Source of the DNA: Schmidtea polychroa
Taxonomy: Eukaryota
NCBI GenBank assembly: GCA_044892525.1
Contig: CM097885.1
Span: 43,650,001 to 43,714,000, forward strand
Length of the DNA: 64,000 nt
Reading direction: 5' to 3'
Under the pieces are notes generated by a model that worked only from the letters and a program-made list of their open reading frames with translations, was not told where the DNA came from and ran no database searches. The stretch's first letter is position 1; the number at the start of each line of letters is the position of its first letter. The translations under genes were made by a program, and so were the position numbers. Of the stretch, positions 24,302-38,535 are shown piece by piece.

Positions 24302-27300
24302 CTTTGATTTTCCTTCCTTAGCCTCTTCATGTCTTGTTTGTCACTGAGTGCAAATCATACTTTTTAATCTTGATAGTCCATCTGCATTCCAGTGTCCTTC
24401 GCCTTTCCGATATTTTAGTTCAAAATCATATTCCGACAGTTTAGCTAACCATATTTGGAACTGCGGACTGGTTGGCGTTTTTGTAGTGTTCATGAAAACC
24501 AATGCTTTGTGGTCGGTGCGAATTATGAAGATTTTCCCGTACAGATATTCTCTAAAATGCATGACGTATTCATGTACGGCGAGCAGTTCTTTCCTGGTTA
24601 CACAGTATCCCTTTTCATGTGATGACATATGTCTCGAGCCATAAGCTATGACAGATTCTTCTCCATCTTCTGTAATTTGACTCAAAACTGCACCAATGGC
24701 TCCGAAAGTAGCGTCTGTGTCTAAGATAAAAGTCCTATCTTCTCTTGGAAAATCAAGGATTGGTGCTTCGCACAACCGTCTCTTCAGAGTTTGGAAGCTC
24801 TCATTGCATTATTTAGTCCAATTTATATCTTTATCGCGTCCAGATGTTGCAGCGTATAATGATTCGGCGATTTTGCCATAGTCTTTGATGAATCTTCTAT
24901 AGTAGTTCGTTAATCCGATAAACGATCTCAATTGTTTTGAACATTTTGGTACTTCTGCTTTCTCGATTTCTTTCACTTTCTTCCTGTTTGTCTAGATACC
25001 CTTCTCGTTAACTGTGTGAACAAGGAAACACAATTCTGTTTTATTGAATTTGCATTTTTCTGAATTTATCTTCAGTCCTGCCATTTGAATTCTTCTGAAT
25101 ATTTCCCTTAATAGCTCATCGTGGTCTTTTTGACTTTTACCATATACCAAGATATCATCTAGATAAACTACTTGAATAGCATTCCTTCTAGCACTGTATG
25201 CATCAGTCTCTGGAATGTCGCAGGAGCTGTTGCTAAGCCAAACGGTAGTCTATTGAAGCAAAATTGTCCTTCTCTTGTACTAAATGCAGTCATTTCTTGA
25301 ATTTCTGGAGCCAACTCCACTTGATAAGACGCTTGACCTAAATCGATTGACGAAAATATTTTTCCATTCGCGAGACAGTCTAATAAGAATTTGGTGTTAG
25401 GTATAGGAAATGACTCTTTTTCTGTTATGGAATTCAATCCACGATAATCTACACACATCCTGATAGATCCATCTTTCTTCCCTACTATCACTAACGGGGC
25501 ATTCCAAGGACTCTTGCAACACCGAATAACATTTGCTTTCATTAACTCTTTTATCAGTTCTTCAATCCTCTTTTCCATGTGCATTGGTTGACATCGAGGA
25601 TGTATTATTGGGCCTCCTGTTATCCGCATCTCATGTCGAACTAAGTTTGTAAATTCCAGATCGAATTTCGATGCCATAAAAATTCCGCCGTATTCCCTGA
25701 TCATTCCTTCAATATCTTTACTATTCTCACCTGCCATCGCCACTAGTGCTTTATTTATTCTTTCTTCATCAGTGTAAATTTTGTTTATCAATGACGTTTC
25801 TATATTATTGATTTTCACTAACTTTACTCCAAACTCTTTCATTATATCCATGCCCCTCTATGAATTCGGGTTTGATCTCTTTTACCACTACTACTGTGAT
25901 TAGTTTGGTCTTCTGATTCCATATGGCCGGTATAGTCATGTATCCCATTGCTTCTTCACCCCAGCTGAAAAATCTCCGCATAATAACATCATACTACGTT
26001 GAAGTTCTGGTTTGCCTATTTTCTCCCACAAATTCTTGCTCATGACTGTTACTGATGCTCCAGAATCCCATAACATCTCTTTCGGCATTATTCAACATTA
26101 TTGTACTCCAATTTCTTCCATCTTTCGTCTGGTACATCTCTTCTTCTGCCTCGTCTCTTCGTCGTTCATTTCTTATTTCACAATATATTGTCTTGACTCC
26201 ACCGACGAAATGAAACCCATGGAGTCGCTGATTTCTTTCCCGTCTTCTCTCAATATAGTATATTTCTCAGGGACATTGTATCTATCTTCCATGTCGCTGT
26301 GAGCAGTTCTGAAATCCTGGCTGTTCTCGGTGTATTCTCTTCTTTCTGATTTTGAATCTTCTTCATCTATACACGCTATTCTTTGATATCGATGTGGAAC
26401 CTCTTTCCGTAACGAAAAACAATCTCGGAATCCGTGTCCTTCCTTAGCACATATCAAGCATTTATTTCCCAGTGGACACTCATATCTTCTATGTCCCCTT
26501 TCACCACAGCAAAAACAATCACCTACCGTTAATTTTGGGACCGATCCTTGTGTTAGGCCTCTACTTTCGTTGTACAGCCTCCTATATTCTTCATGGATAT
26601 TGTTGGCAACTTCCTTTCTGAGCTATTCGGGATTCTCGCATTTCTCAAGAATTGTTCTCTTGGAGATTGTTCTCGACGACCATGGTTATTTCCTTCGCAT
26701 TGTATTGGTCCGTGTATAGGATGTTCGTCTCTTCTTGATCTGTGGTGACTAAATGGGTCTTCTGATAGTCTTCTTTGTGGTGATGTAGGCATGGGATCTT
26801 GGGTATTCTTTTGAATTCTCATTTGTCCTCCCTCAGTCACGCTAGCGTATGTTCTTTGACCGATTGCTTTAAGAAATTCTGTTTTATTGTTTCCATTTTT
26901 GTTACTTTCAAAGATTTTCGCCAATGATCTCGTTTCTTCAATTTTTGTTTCTGGCTTCGTCAATAGTATCTCCCTCAGTCTCGCATCGCGTGCTTTATTT
27001 GCGATGAGGTCTTGAACAATATCTTCTTCTGATCGTCCTGAATTTACAACTTCAACTAAAGCTTTCCTTAGCCGTATCTCAAAAGCTACAAACCTTTCAT
27101 CATCTTCCTGTTCCATAGCTGCCAATTCTGATTTTGTCAGTTATTGATTTTGTAATTGTGAACGTATTTAAGAACCACGCTTTGGCTTTTACATCTGTTT
27201 CTTTGACGTTTCCCCACAATGTCTTTGCTTCTGCCACTAATAACACATCGAAAGTGCTTGTCAATCGCTGTCCATTTGTCAGCAACCATTCTTCTATATC

Positions 27301-27453
27301 CCTGATCCATTCTTCGGCTTCTTTTAAACCTCGTCCATCATATCGTCTGATGTTCAGTGTGAGCATGTCTTGGCATGATTTCGGTAGGCATTCCATTAGC
27401 GATTTTGTCGATTTCGAAATGGCGTTGATATTTTGATTTTCGGTGTGGTCACC

Positions 27454-27607
27454 AGTTAAATCCATCTTTAAATCCATCTTTAAATTTCGCAGCAAAAATC
27501 TTGAAACTAACAATATTTATTTAATCAAAGAATTTATAAATAACAAGTTTTAAATTTTTCACAAAAACCGCCAATTCCAAATTATTTAAACAAAAAGATA
27601 TCTAACT
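27454..27607 (-). repeat. 5' LTR (154 bp, AGTTA...TAACT)
   Basis: Direct repeat of 18402-18552, followed on the minus strand by the PBS TGGTGACC. Confidence 0.95.
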
Positions 27608-27977
27608 GAAATAATTACTAAACAAAAATGAAATAGTCTCATATTACAGATGTAAATTTCACATGGTAATTGTGAGAGTAATTAAATTAAATTAGTATTT
27701 AATTTCCAGATTTAAATAGATTTAAATAATATAATTAAAGTAGATAATAAAATTATAAATTAAAATAATAAATTAAATATATTTAAGAATGATTGAAAAT
27801 TAAAATATAAAATATTTATTGAATGCTTGTATACGAATATTCCCTATTCAAATATTAACTCATGCTTGCGAAAATATTCTCTAGGCTAAAAATAGAGATG
27901 TTTTTAATAAGAGAGATTTTGTTTTTTGAAAAATATAGTTTTGTTTTGTTTTTAAAACATGGATGTGATTAATTTAA

Positions 27978-30567
27978 CCTTCATCCGTGCCTCGGGTCTT
28001 TTTCGGCCCGAAGTGATTTTGTTTTGCAAATATATCATAAAATATTAGTACTACATATCTGTAATTTCGTGACTTTGATTTTGTTGATATGATAAACTAA
28101 TTTTAGAAAAGAAAAAAAATATGATACCTGGATTATCTCTTGTAAAAAAAGTAACACTCCAGTCCCTCGGGTCGAAAATGGCCCAACTGCATTTTTGAAC
28201 AAATTTTTTGAATTTGCGGCGCAAACGGATGTTTATTTTTATCACCTTCTAAGAAGTACTCTTTTCAAGAGATCTTCTAAGAAGTACTCTTTTCTAAGAA
28301 GTAATTTTTTGAACAAAATTTGACTGTATAGTTTTCAACAGCCGTCTAAAAGACGCGGACGAGTGTGCATCAATAATATTTGTGCTACCCGTTTCATCAC
28401 TTCTCGTTTTTATTGAATTTTTTGCTGGCAAAATTTCAAAAAAACTGCATACGTTATAACCTTGGTAAGTGTTTATTTGAAAGAAAAAACGTTTTCATTA
28501 TTTTATTACCCTTACTTACTATTTTATGTAGAATTATCATCATGTCAAGACAAATTGAATATGAAGAAGATAATTTACTTGAATTTTCATCGGGAAATGA
28601 TACCTGCTCAGAGACATCAGATCATATTGAAGAATTGATTGAAACTTCTTATAGTGACATAGATGATATACCTTCTGGATCTATACCATATCTTTCTAGG
28701 GATAAAAGTATTGAATGGCAATCAGAGCCCTTTATTCAACATGGCCGTCAATCATCATCAAACGTGATTAGAGCTACCCCTGGAATCACAAGATATGCTA
28801 TTTCTCGCATATCAACAGAACTCTCTGCATTTCAATTTTTGTTTACAAATTCTATAAAAACTATTATTATTCAAAATACCAATTTGAAGGAAATCGCATA
28901 TATAAAGAGAATTGGAAAAATATTGATATTATCAAATTTGATGCATATATTGGACTTTTATTGTTAGCTGGTGTATATAAATCGAATAATGAGGCTTTGG
29001 AAAATTTATGGCATGAAATAAAGGGTCGACATATATTCAGAGCTACTATGTCACTAAAACAATTCAAAATTATATCAAAAGTCATTCGATTTGATGATCG
29101 TAGTACACGAGCTGCTAGAAGAAATACTGACAAATTAACTCCAATTCGAGAACTGTAGAATAAATTGGTCGAAATATTACCACATCTTTATAATCTTTAT
29201 AAATATAACAATCGATGAGCAATTGGTTTCATACCACGGAAAATGTCCATTTCGGCAATACATGCCAAAGAAGCCGGCTAAATATGAGATTAAATTTTGG
29301 GTGTGGTGCGATAGCAAAAATAGTTGTGTATGGAATATAGATATATACACTGGAAAAGTAGCTGGTGAAGCACCTGAAAGGAATCAAGGAAGGCGAGTGG
29401 TTTTAGATTTGTGCCAACAACTTGAAGGGAGGAATGTAACAGTTGGCAACTTTTTCACTTCTTATGAATTAGGTCAAATATTTCTTTCCAAAAAAAATAC
29501 TATGATTGGCACTATTCGAAAAATAAAACGTCAATTCCTCGATGTAAAAGGCAAGGCAATTGTTACTTCAAAATTTGCATTTATAAAGGATACAACCTTA
29601 TAGTGTCATACATTCCTAAAAAAAATAAATGTGTTGTCCTTCAGAGTACTCTTCACAAAACAAAAGAATTGTTATGTGGTTCTGAAAATAAACCTAATAT
29701 TATATTAGATTATAATGCAACGAAAGGAGAAGTTGATACCTTAGACAAAATGATAGCTAATTACAGTACTCGAAGAAAAACAAATAGATGGCCAATTACT
29801 GTTTTCGCAAATATGTTAGATATATCTATATCAAATGCATTTATTTTATTTACAGCTGTTTGTCCAGATTGGAATATAGAAAAAAATTATCGAAGGCGAA
29901 TTTTCATTGAAACCGTAGGCGAATTATTGATAAAAGAACAAATAACAAGACGGACCCATTTGCCACGAGCGGCTAATTGCCAACAATTTATATTAGAACA
30001 AAAAGGCACAACTACATTTCCTTTAGATGTACCAACAGCAAGGATACGTGGTCAAAAAAGAGGTAGATGTCACATTTGTCCAAAATCGGACAATAAACAT
30101 GCATTAGAATGTAAATATTGTAAAAGATTTATTTGTAAGGCACATTCCTATAACGTATATAATAAATGTAATAAATAAATAATTTAATTTAATAATTTAA
30201 AAATTTTTTATCAATTATTTAATTTAACACAACAATCAATACATACAATACACAAAAGCTTATTTAAAAACACTCAACACACAAGTATTTACAGCATTCT
30301 GCACATTAATTTTCGGATTCAATGATTTTATCAACAACGCCTCACAAATCACACGTTCCCAATAATTATCGAAGTTTTTAAATAAAATTTAATAAATAAT
30401 TAACAGATAAATCGATCTTTATTATTCCAAAACAGTCAACATTACCGTTACTAATAAAACTAATTTAATTATTTGCATTTTGTTTCTTTTAAGTCAACAA
30501 TTTCTACCTGGGTCGAAAAAGACCCGGGGGACTTTAGTGTACAGTCAATTTAAGGGACGGATCAAGA
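27978..30567 (+). mobile_element. piggyBac DNA transposon with disrupted transposase (28542-30178)
   Basis: TTAA at 27974-27977 and 30568-30571. Imperfect TIRs ccttcatccgt / acggatcaaga plus subterminal cgggtcttttt / aaaaagacccg. Motifs RFDD, IDEQL..Y.GKCPFRQYMPKKP, NFFTS, YNATKGEVDTLD, RRKTNRWP and a C-terminal Cys-rich domain. Frameshifts and stops are present. Confidence 0.92.
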
Positions 30568-31687
30568 TTAAGAAACCAAACATCTAATAGTAATGATGTA
30601 ACAGTCACATCCCTTTATTATTCACTTTATTATGCACCCTAGAGTAAGGAATTGTAATGTAAAAAAACAAAAATCCAAGGATTTAAAGTTATAAAATTTC
30701 AGGATTCAGCAATAAAAAATTTTATTATTCTTTTTTCTATATTTGTTAATCTGTTTATTTTTGTTGCATACTGGTTTTTATCTATTGTATTATATTATAT
30801 TATAAAACCCAATTTAAATTTGGTGTGAGTATTCAAGGTGCAACTTATAAAATGGATTTTAATGTAATAATGGGAACCAATATACCAAAATATTAGAACA
30901 ATATAAACATTTATACAAAGGGAAAAACTTTCACTTTTACTCTGCTTTATTTCTAAGGCTTAACGCACTAACAAAGTTATTTTTCTTTTTTTGTCCATTC
31001 TAATAAAAGTTTGCATTTAAAAATTTAAAAATATTTTTTATTTCATGATTGTAATTTTTTTTTATAAATGTTAATAGTATAAGGTAATTATTTATTATAA
31101 AAAACAATAAAAGATTTTTTGAAATGATTTTTACAAAATTAATCCCTAAATGTTTTACTCTTTCAAGAATGACTGGAGGGGAAAACCTTTTAGTATTATA
31201 ATCGTATATTTATATTATGATGTTTTTAAAATTGAAATTTAAGTTATTATTTGCTAGTTTCTGAAAAAAGCGAATTTTAGCTTCTTTTTGAATCAAAAAG
31301 AATATTTTTTATTTCAGAATTACAACTTATGATTAAATATACAATTAATTAATTAAATAAGCATTTACGCGGCTGTAATTCATTGAAAAGATGATAACAG
31401 AATTCAACTAATTGCTTTCATTATAAAAATTTTTGTGTCGTATTTGCTTGTTTAATTTATTTTTTGGACCCACATCATCAGTGCCGGTTCCTCGTGGTAA
31501 TGAAAGAGTGACTTGCATCAGGGTGCTGAAATTATTTTGCTGAACACTTTAATAATGTAAAACTATGCTTTTAAGAACAAAAACAAATAAATTTATCATA
31601 ATTACCCTTTATTATTTTAATTTTTTTATGACTTATGTATTAATATAATTATTGTATTTTTTATACTTAAAAATAAAATGTAATATA

Positions 31688-33566
31688 ACGGATATTAGGA
31701 AATAGTATAACTACACTAAATAGTATGACTGTTTGAATGTTTGTGGTTATATTATTATGACTACCCAAATAATATAACCATCTTCAAATAAATATATTCA
31801 CAAATTATACTTCATAAAAGGAATATGCATTTTTATATACAGTCCTTAGTACTTAAGAAAACTTTTGGGAGTATATCTATCGGCCTTTCGACATGCATGG
31901 TAAACAAATGGCAAGGAGAGAATGATCTCGGTCGTGCAGTAGAGCAGATTTATAACGATCGCGAGAAGGTTGTGGTAGAAGGTGATGAGTGCAATGAACA
32001 AATAAGACTTTAACTGAGGTAATGTGAAAGAATTAACCCAATAAATTTAAATAAATTAAGGGTTTTTTATACTTTATGAGACGTCTTGAATAGACTCATT
32101 TTTTTCACAAGACAAAAAATTTTAAAATTATTCAAGGGATCTATAAAGCAATCTATACATTAATATATATTACAAAAAAATTTAGCCATACTTATGAAGA
32201 AACAGTCGTTTACAATTGCTTTCAAAAAAGAAGTAATTGACTATATGGAACGAGGTAACTTGTGTTACAAGGCAGGAAAACACTTGATAGATGCCAATAT
32301 AATCACTCTATGTTCCAGCAATGGTACTTGGAGAGTGAACAAATAAAAGCTCAATCATCATCGATTCTAAGAGTTTCTGGTGGTTGAAGAAAGACATTGT
32401 TAGGGGCCCTTGAGGAAGTATTGGTAGCTGAGATAATCGAGTTAAGAATAATGAAGATTAAAGTCACGAGAACGTATATTAGTGAGAGAGCATCTTCTTT
32501 GGCACAAGAAAATAACATCGTTATGCAAGACACCGGGATTGGGTGACTGGATTTATGCAGAGACATGGCCTCAGTCTCAGGAGGAAAATAAATTTCACAA
32601 CATTATCAAATGAAGAGCTAGTTTCATGTGCTGTGAATTGCATGTGCTATCTGCCAATTCCAAACATAAATCTGTAGAAGGCATGTTGTAATGAAGTCAA
32701 CAGGATTTGCCTCAATGAGAATAACTGCAGCACTTTCAGTATGGGTAAATGGAAATAAAATAAATTTATTAAAAAAGAGAGGAATGTAATGTATATTAGA
32801 CAGAATAAAGTCTGGGTAAATCAAGACTTGATTGTAGTGTGGATCGACCAAATATTTCCTTTCTTCAACAGCGCGCCTGGTAGGTGCATAGTTTGGGATT
32901 CTTGTAGAGCCCATATATCAGAGAAAATAAAGAATAATTGCAGGAAAAGAGGTATTTTGGAAGTTGTTATAGCCGGTGGGCTGACTCCGTATCTTCAAGT
33001 GTGAGACATAGCTATCTATCGTAAATTCAAGGATAAAATTTCTAATTTGATCAATACGTGAAAGCAACCTGACAACTTACAATATACACGCAGCGGAAAT
33101 CCAAGGGCTCCAAGCCATAATTTAGTTAATTCATGGGTCAATGAAGCTTGGAATATGGTTAATCAGGAGAACATTTAAAAGTCGATAAAATCTGCAGGAA
33201 TATCCCCAAATTTTGAAGAATGGCACATTACTAAGCATGATATATATGGCAATCTTTTTCATGCGCTCTACTTAGTCCCACACTCAAGTGCTGTGAATCA
33301 AAATTTGAATGATAATCCCATTGATTCGGATATTTACGATGTTTTTGATGATTAAGAAATATATAGCTCGATCTAATATTTTTATTACTTTAAATTTACC
33401 GTATTTTTAAAATAACCAAAATTTATAATTAAACTTAAATTTAACCATATAAATAATTAAAGTACTGAATACTAAAGTACTGACTAACCAAATAATATGA
33501 CCACATATTTTATTCATATAGTCATACTATTTAATAGTATGAGTGCTAATATTTCCTAATATCCGT
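31688..33566 (+). mobile_element. pogo/Tigger-like Tc1-mariner transposon, degenerate
   Basis: Inverted ends of ~70 bp (acggatattaggaaata... / ...tatttcctaatatccgt) flanked by TA. Translated pieces FTIAFKKEVIDY, WDSCRAHIS and IAGGLTPYLQV*DIAI. Confidence 0.85.
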
Positions 33567-33899
33567 TATTATTTTAATATTTATAAGAACTCAATTATTT
33601 TCTTATTATTTGTTTTAAAATTTCTAATGGTCAATAAATTCATTAAGAACGCCAAAATTATCTTTGCATATGGGTCTAAAATTCCCAAGGCAGGCACTGT
33701 ACAAATTATAATTTATAATATTTTTCTCGGGTGAGTGAAATGGATTTACCAAGACACGGCTAAGTTTGTTTGTTTCCTATATTATAAAATTATTGATTTT
33801 CTCAATATATTAACTTTCCATAAATCATTGAAAGTTAAGCATATTGTTGAACGTATTCTATTGTTGGATATCGTAGCAACATTATAAATTTATTTCCAG

Positions 33900-34157
33900 A
33901 ATCAGGCTGTAATGAAGGTGTAAACTATGAAGGCACGTTGAATTTATCATATTTTAATAATACATGCTTATTTTGGAAATCATTTCCCAATTTGCAAAGA
34001 TTTTGGAATTTTCCAGAAATGTCTTTATATGCAACAAATAATTATTGTCGAAATCCAAATGCTCTTAACCAAGGTCCATGGTGTTACGTTGCGATTGGAA
34101 ATAAAATAAAATCTGAAATTTGTTTTGTTGATTATTGCACCTCTTATTTTCAAGAAG
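33900..34157 (+). CDS. Kringle-Ig receptor exon 3 (kringle 2)
   Basis: SGCNEGVNYEG...TCLFW...NNYCRNPNALNQGPWCYV...EICFVDYC. CAG/GTGAGT borders, 258 bp, phase 1-1. Confidence 0.92.
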
Positions 34158-34175
34158 GTGAGTTTTTAATTAGAC

Positions 34176-34829
34176 TAGTGGTTCTCAACTTTTATTTTAA
34201 AATAAAGGCAAAATATGAAAATGTCACAGTACTTCACCCAAATATAACTTATGCTATTTAAAAAAACACTTCTGTTATTTTTTTGTCAATATTTCATTGT
34301 GAAGGTATGAAAAGATAAAAAATAAAAAGAAAACATAATTATTTCTGTAACATTTAATTTTAAAATATTAAACAAAATGATTCTCATAATTCAAAATAAA
34401 TTCCGAGAACCAAATAATAATTTGGAAAACAAAAAAAAATGTTATGTTTATCAAAAATAGACTATTTATAAAAATGTAACTAAAATAATTATCAGTAAAT
34501 TTTAAAAAAATTTTTCGATCACCTTTGAGCTCTTTTTTAATGATATTTCATTTATTCTTATTCTGACAAAAGATCAAAATTTTAATTCTACTTAACACAA
34601 ATTTTCAGATTTTTGAACATTTTGTCAAAATTAAAATATCATAATAAAATAATTATACAATAAAAAATCATTTAAAATTACGTTTCAATGAAAATGCAAC
34701 AAAATTATATTTTAATATGCACAAATTTATAAATTCAGTTAAAAACTAACTAAAAATAATTGGTATTTATCTTACAGAGTTCACGACTCTCCTTTCATAT
34801 ACTTGCGATACTAGTTTTGAGAGCCGCTG
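34176..34829. mobile_element. hAT (Charlie-type) MITE
   Basis: Ends tagtggttctcaa / ttgagagccgctg, with a decayed 8-bp TSD aattagac / aattatat. Confidence 0.6.
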
Positions 34830-34883
34830 AATTATATTATTAATTGTTCATTAAATTATATTTTCTATATAATGAAAACGTAG

Positions 34884-35309
34884 ACTGCCGATCGAGCCAT
34901 CTGTTGAGTGGCCAGATATCAATTATGTTCCATAATTCTATGAATTGCTTGAATTTCTGCTACATCAGCATTAATTACGTTGACACGGATCCTCAATGGA
35001 AAATTACCAACAGTTCAATCAACATTTCACCTCTATCAGCATTTCAGGATTTGACCTATGACTTCAATGTCACATTTACAACGACTAATGATCCGAATCT
35101 TGATTTATACATCACAGAATTGCGATACAATTATTTCTTATGTTTCGATAATTTGAAATTATATTTTACTCCGAATCCATGTTTTCTGAAAGCGGTTTGC
35201 ACCAACAAGACTTTGAATGATGTTTCGAATTTGTATGATGTTCGAAATTTGCAAGATAAATGTCTACTGAAGTCGAACCCTGATTGCCAAAAAGTTTATT
35301 TTATAAAAG
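34884..35309 (+). CDS. Kringle-Ig receptor exon 4 (Cys-containing extracellular module)
   Basis: TAG/GTAAGT borders, 426 bp, phase 1-1, open frame with several N-glycosylation sequons. Confidence 0.8.
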
Positions 35310-35729
35310 GTAAGTACGAAAATTTATATATTTTTAATATAATTTTCACTGTTCAACGAGTTCATTGTGTCAACTGAAACCCTCTTTCATCCTTGGTAGC
35401 TTGCTATCGGTTCACAATGAATTTTTTTATGAAATGAAAAAAACTCATTAACAACTTTCTCTGACATAATTTTTAATCTCCTTCATTTCGAATTTATATC
35501 TTTGTATCGCTATGTTTCATCCTTCATGTCTGGACATAACTTTATGAATAAATAAATAAATAAATAAATAAATAATATATATATATATATATGTGTATTA
35601 TTTAGTTTGTCATCCGAAAATCTAAGGACCATTTATTTTTTTTATTACATATTCATTATAATATTATATTAATTATCAAAAATAATAATTAAAAATTTTA
35701 CCAGAATTAAATTTTTTTCCCACTTTTAG

Positions 35730-36044
35730 ATCCATTTGGATATCAGTTTGTTCCTGAAAATGATAAACCAATAAATCGTGTGAATTCGATAGATTTTACC
35801 ATTAAAATATTTCGAAAATACACAAAAATTAAAAATATAATTATATTACCAATTGAATACGTCAAAACATCGGCAAAAGAATGTGTAAAAATTAAGATCA
35901 TTAGTCAAATTGCAAAAATCAAACTTCATACCAACGGCTCATGCAAATGTAGATTCTTAAATTATCTAAGTATCGGTATAAAGTTAAAAGGAGCCCGGTG
36001 GATGCGCTTTGACAGAAAGTATTTGTTTAACTTTGATAATAAAG
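35730..36044 (+). CDS. Kringle-Ig receptor exon 5
   Basis: TAG/GTAACC borders, 315 bp, phase 1-1, open (DPFGYQFVPEND...FDNK). Confidence 0.75.
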
Positions 36045-37243
36045 GTAACCAAATTTTGATTTTTTAAAATATTGCATCGAACGTTTGATGTTTAATTGTT
36101 TCTTTTATATAATTAGACAGATAAATAAATATTAAAATGAATCCTTGTTAATTCTCGTTAGTATATCTTAACCCTACAATCAGAGGCGTCACTAGGGTTG
36201 GTGTAACCATCAAGGCAATACTTTCCGGGTCAATGCTTCAAACAATGTAAATGCAAATGAATATATACTTTCGGATTCACTTTTCACTATATCTGAAACC
36301 TAATCACAAATTTTGTGTCTAAAGCATTAACGGCAAAGAATCAGAAGTAGCAAAACAGTATAATTTCTCACTGACGAGTGAGTAAAACATCCATGATCGC
36401 AACGCATTCTCGCCGTTTGCCATCACCTTGTAAATCCACTATTTTGATAGCTGGCGAACATCTCATTTTGCTATTGGATCTTGTTTTGTCGCAATTCTGA
36501 AAGGCCCATCTTTGTTCTGTAAATACGTAATTTCATTTTGGATGATTACAACTCGCAAGTGATCTGCAACTGGTATATTCCGAGAAGCATCATCCAAAAT
36601 ATTTCAATTTCCCCCTTAACCTCATTCATCATCTCGATTTACAGTATCTTAACTAGTGTCACTTTCAATCAGTGAATCGGAGTGGACGATTTTTACAACT
36701 ACTCCGCTCCAGCATAAATTTACTTGCTTCAGCTCCGCTCCATGCTCAGCCCAAAATTTTTCAACAAAAATTATATGTATACAAATAGAAAATAAATAAA
36801 AAAACATTATATTAAGTCTTAAAATTATCCTTATGAAGTTATTTATTCATAATTCATATTGAACAATAATATGGCTGACAGCAAGTCATCCTTCATTCTT
36901 TGTCTTTCCCACTATAAATCAATCGTAGCGCAGAAAAGAATCGCTCCACACTTGCTTTAGTAAATTTCAAAAGTTCCACCAAGTCAATTTATGAAATTTT
37001 TCGAGTCATTTGACTCAATAAAATTATCTACCATTGTTAAACAGAATTTTAATTAATTTTTAAAATTTTATATTTACCAAAATATTAGAATTTTGTTTAA
37101 TTTCCAATAAAAGATGACTTGAATTTTTAAATTTCACTAATATTTTTAAATAAAGTTTCCGTGTTTGTTAGGGTAAATAAATATAATTTAAAAATATTTA
37201 AATAAATTTCTAACAATTTTTGGAACTAATTTTAATTTTTCAG

Positions 37244-37528
37244 GCGATATTTGTAGGATGGAACCTCCATTTAATTCCATAAATACTTCATTCTTTCTTA
37301 AAAATTCCATTGGTTTAAATTTTAGTTTTTCAGAATTCGGCTTGATCCAAGTATTTCATAATGGGATTTTAAGGAATTGTATTCATGAAATTAATTTTAT
37401 AAATTCTTCTTATTATGTTAATATTGCTGATTGCTGCCAACCCCTGTGCTACATTGAGATATCCATATCTTTACTTCGTTATGATGGTTTAGTAAATCTC
37501 GGAACTTATTATATTTTTAATGTTTATG
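37244..37528 (+). CDS. Kringle-Ig receptor exon 6
   Basis: CAG/GTATAA borders, 285 bp, phase 1-1, open. Confidence 0.75.
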
Positions 37529-37588
37529 GTATAATTATTTATTAATGTTAATATTAATATTATCATAATAATAATAATTATTATTTTA

Positions 37589-37670
<82 letters not shown>

Positions 37671-38425
37671 GAACATCTAGAATCCTGGTGGAACATCCTC
37701 GTTGGGCGGACATCTCCGGCAGTGTCAGCCAACAGAGGAAAGAAAAAATATTTCAATAGAAATCATAGCTAATGGAAACATCCAAAAGAAAAATGTCAGA
37801 ATCAAAGAAGCAATTCTCATAATAAACAGACAGCCAAAGATCAACACTAAAGAAGAAATCAATGAAATCATGAATTTGATCTGTTGTCATTGACTTTGAG
37901 AATAACTGACAATATACAAAGAAATTAAAAAAATAAGAATAAATTAAAAAGTAATAATTAGAATAATATAGAAAAATATTTTAAAAAATAGGGTTTGAAA
38001 ATCAAATTTGACATATTTATTGAAATATTTAAATAGCATATATAAGTAGTTATTGGAGGCTTTATTTAAAATATTTTCAAATATTTTATTAGGCTTCTAG
38101 AAGCTAATTATAGAAGCTGTAAAAAATTTAAAAATTTTAGTTTGTGTCATTTTGAAATTTTAAATGTAAAAATTATAAAAAAAATTTTAAAAGTTTTTAG
38201 TAAAACAATTCATTATATTTACAACCAATGAGAATTAAGAGAAAGGAAATAAAAGAAAGATTGAAGGGTATTTTGAAGAAGAACATTGCTAAATTCCAGG
38301 AGATTGACAAGGACTATCGTATAGTCGAAAATTCTTTCATTAAATACATTATTTGCAGCAAAAGGCTTAAATTATCATTTTATTGTTTTAAATAATAAAT
38401 GCTGCTACCAAGCAATCATCATTTC
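37671..38425 (+). mobile_element. 5'-truncated Penelope-like element (GIY-YIG C-terminus plus pseudo-LTR) between (ATT)n tracts
   Basis: EH...SSLGGHLRQC...IEII...RIKEAILIINRQPKINTKEE resembles the C-terminus of a PLE GIY-YIG endonuclease. The 3' 127-bp unit recurs at 45186-45311 and 43861-44035. Confidence 0.75.
38299..38338 (+). ncRNA. Minimal type I hammerhead ribozyme (U3-A8 variant)
   Basis: GGAGA-UUGACAA-G-GACUAU(CGU)AUAGUC-GAAA-AU-UC-UUUC: stem I GAGA/UUUC, perfect 6-bp stem II, palindromic AAUU stem III, and a UC cleavage site. Confidence 0.7.
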
Positions 38426-38451
38426 ATACTTTATTATTATTATTATTATTA

Positions 38452-38535
<84 letters not shown>

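Noticed and set aside
23960..24347. IYIYIY ORFs (also 62796-63046)
   Set aside because: They are translations of (TA)n tracts.
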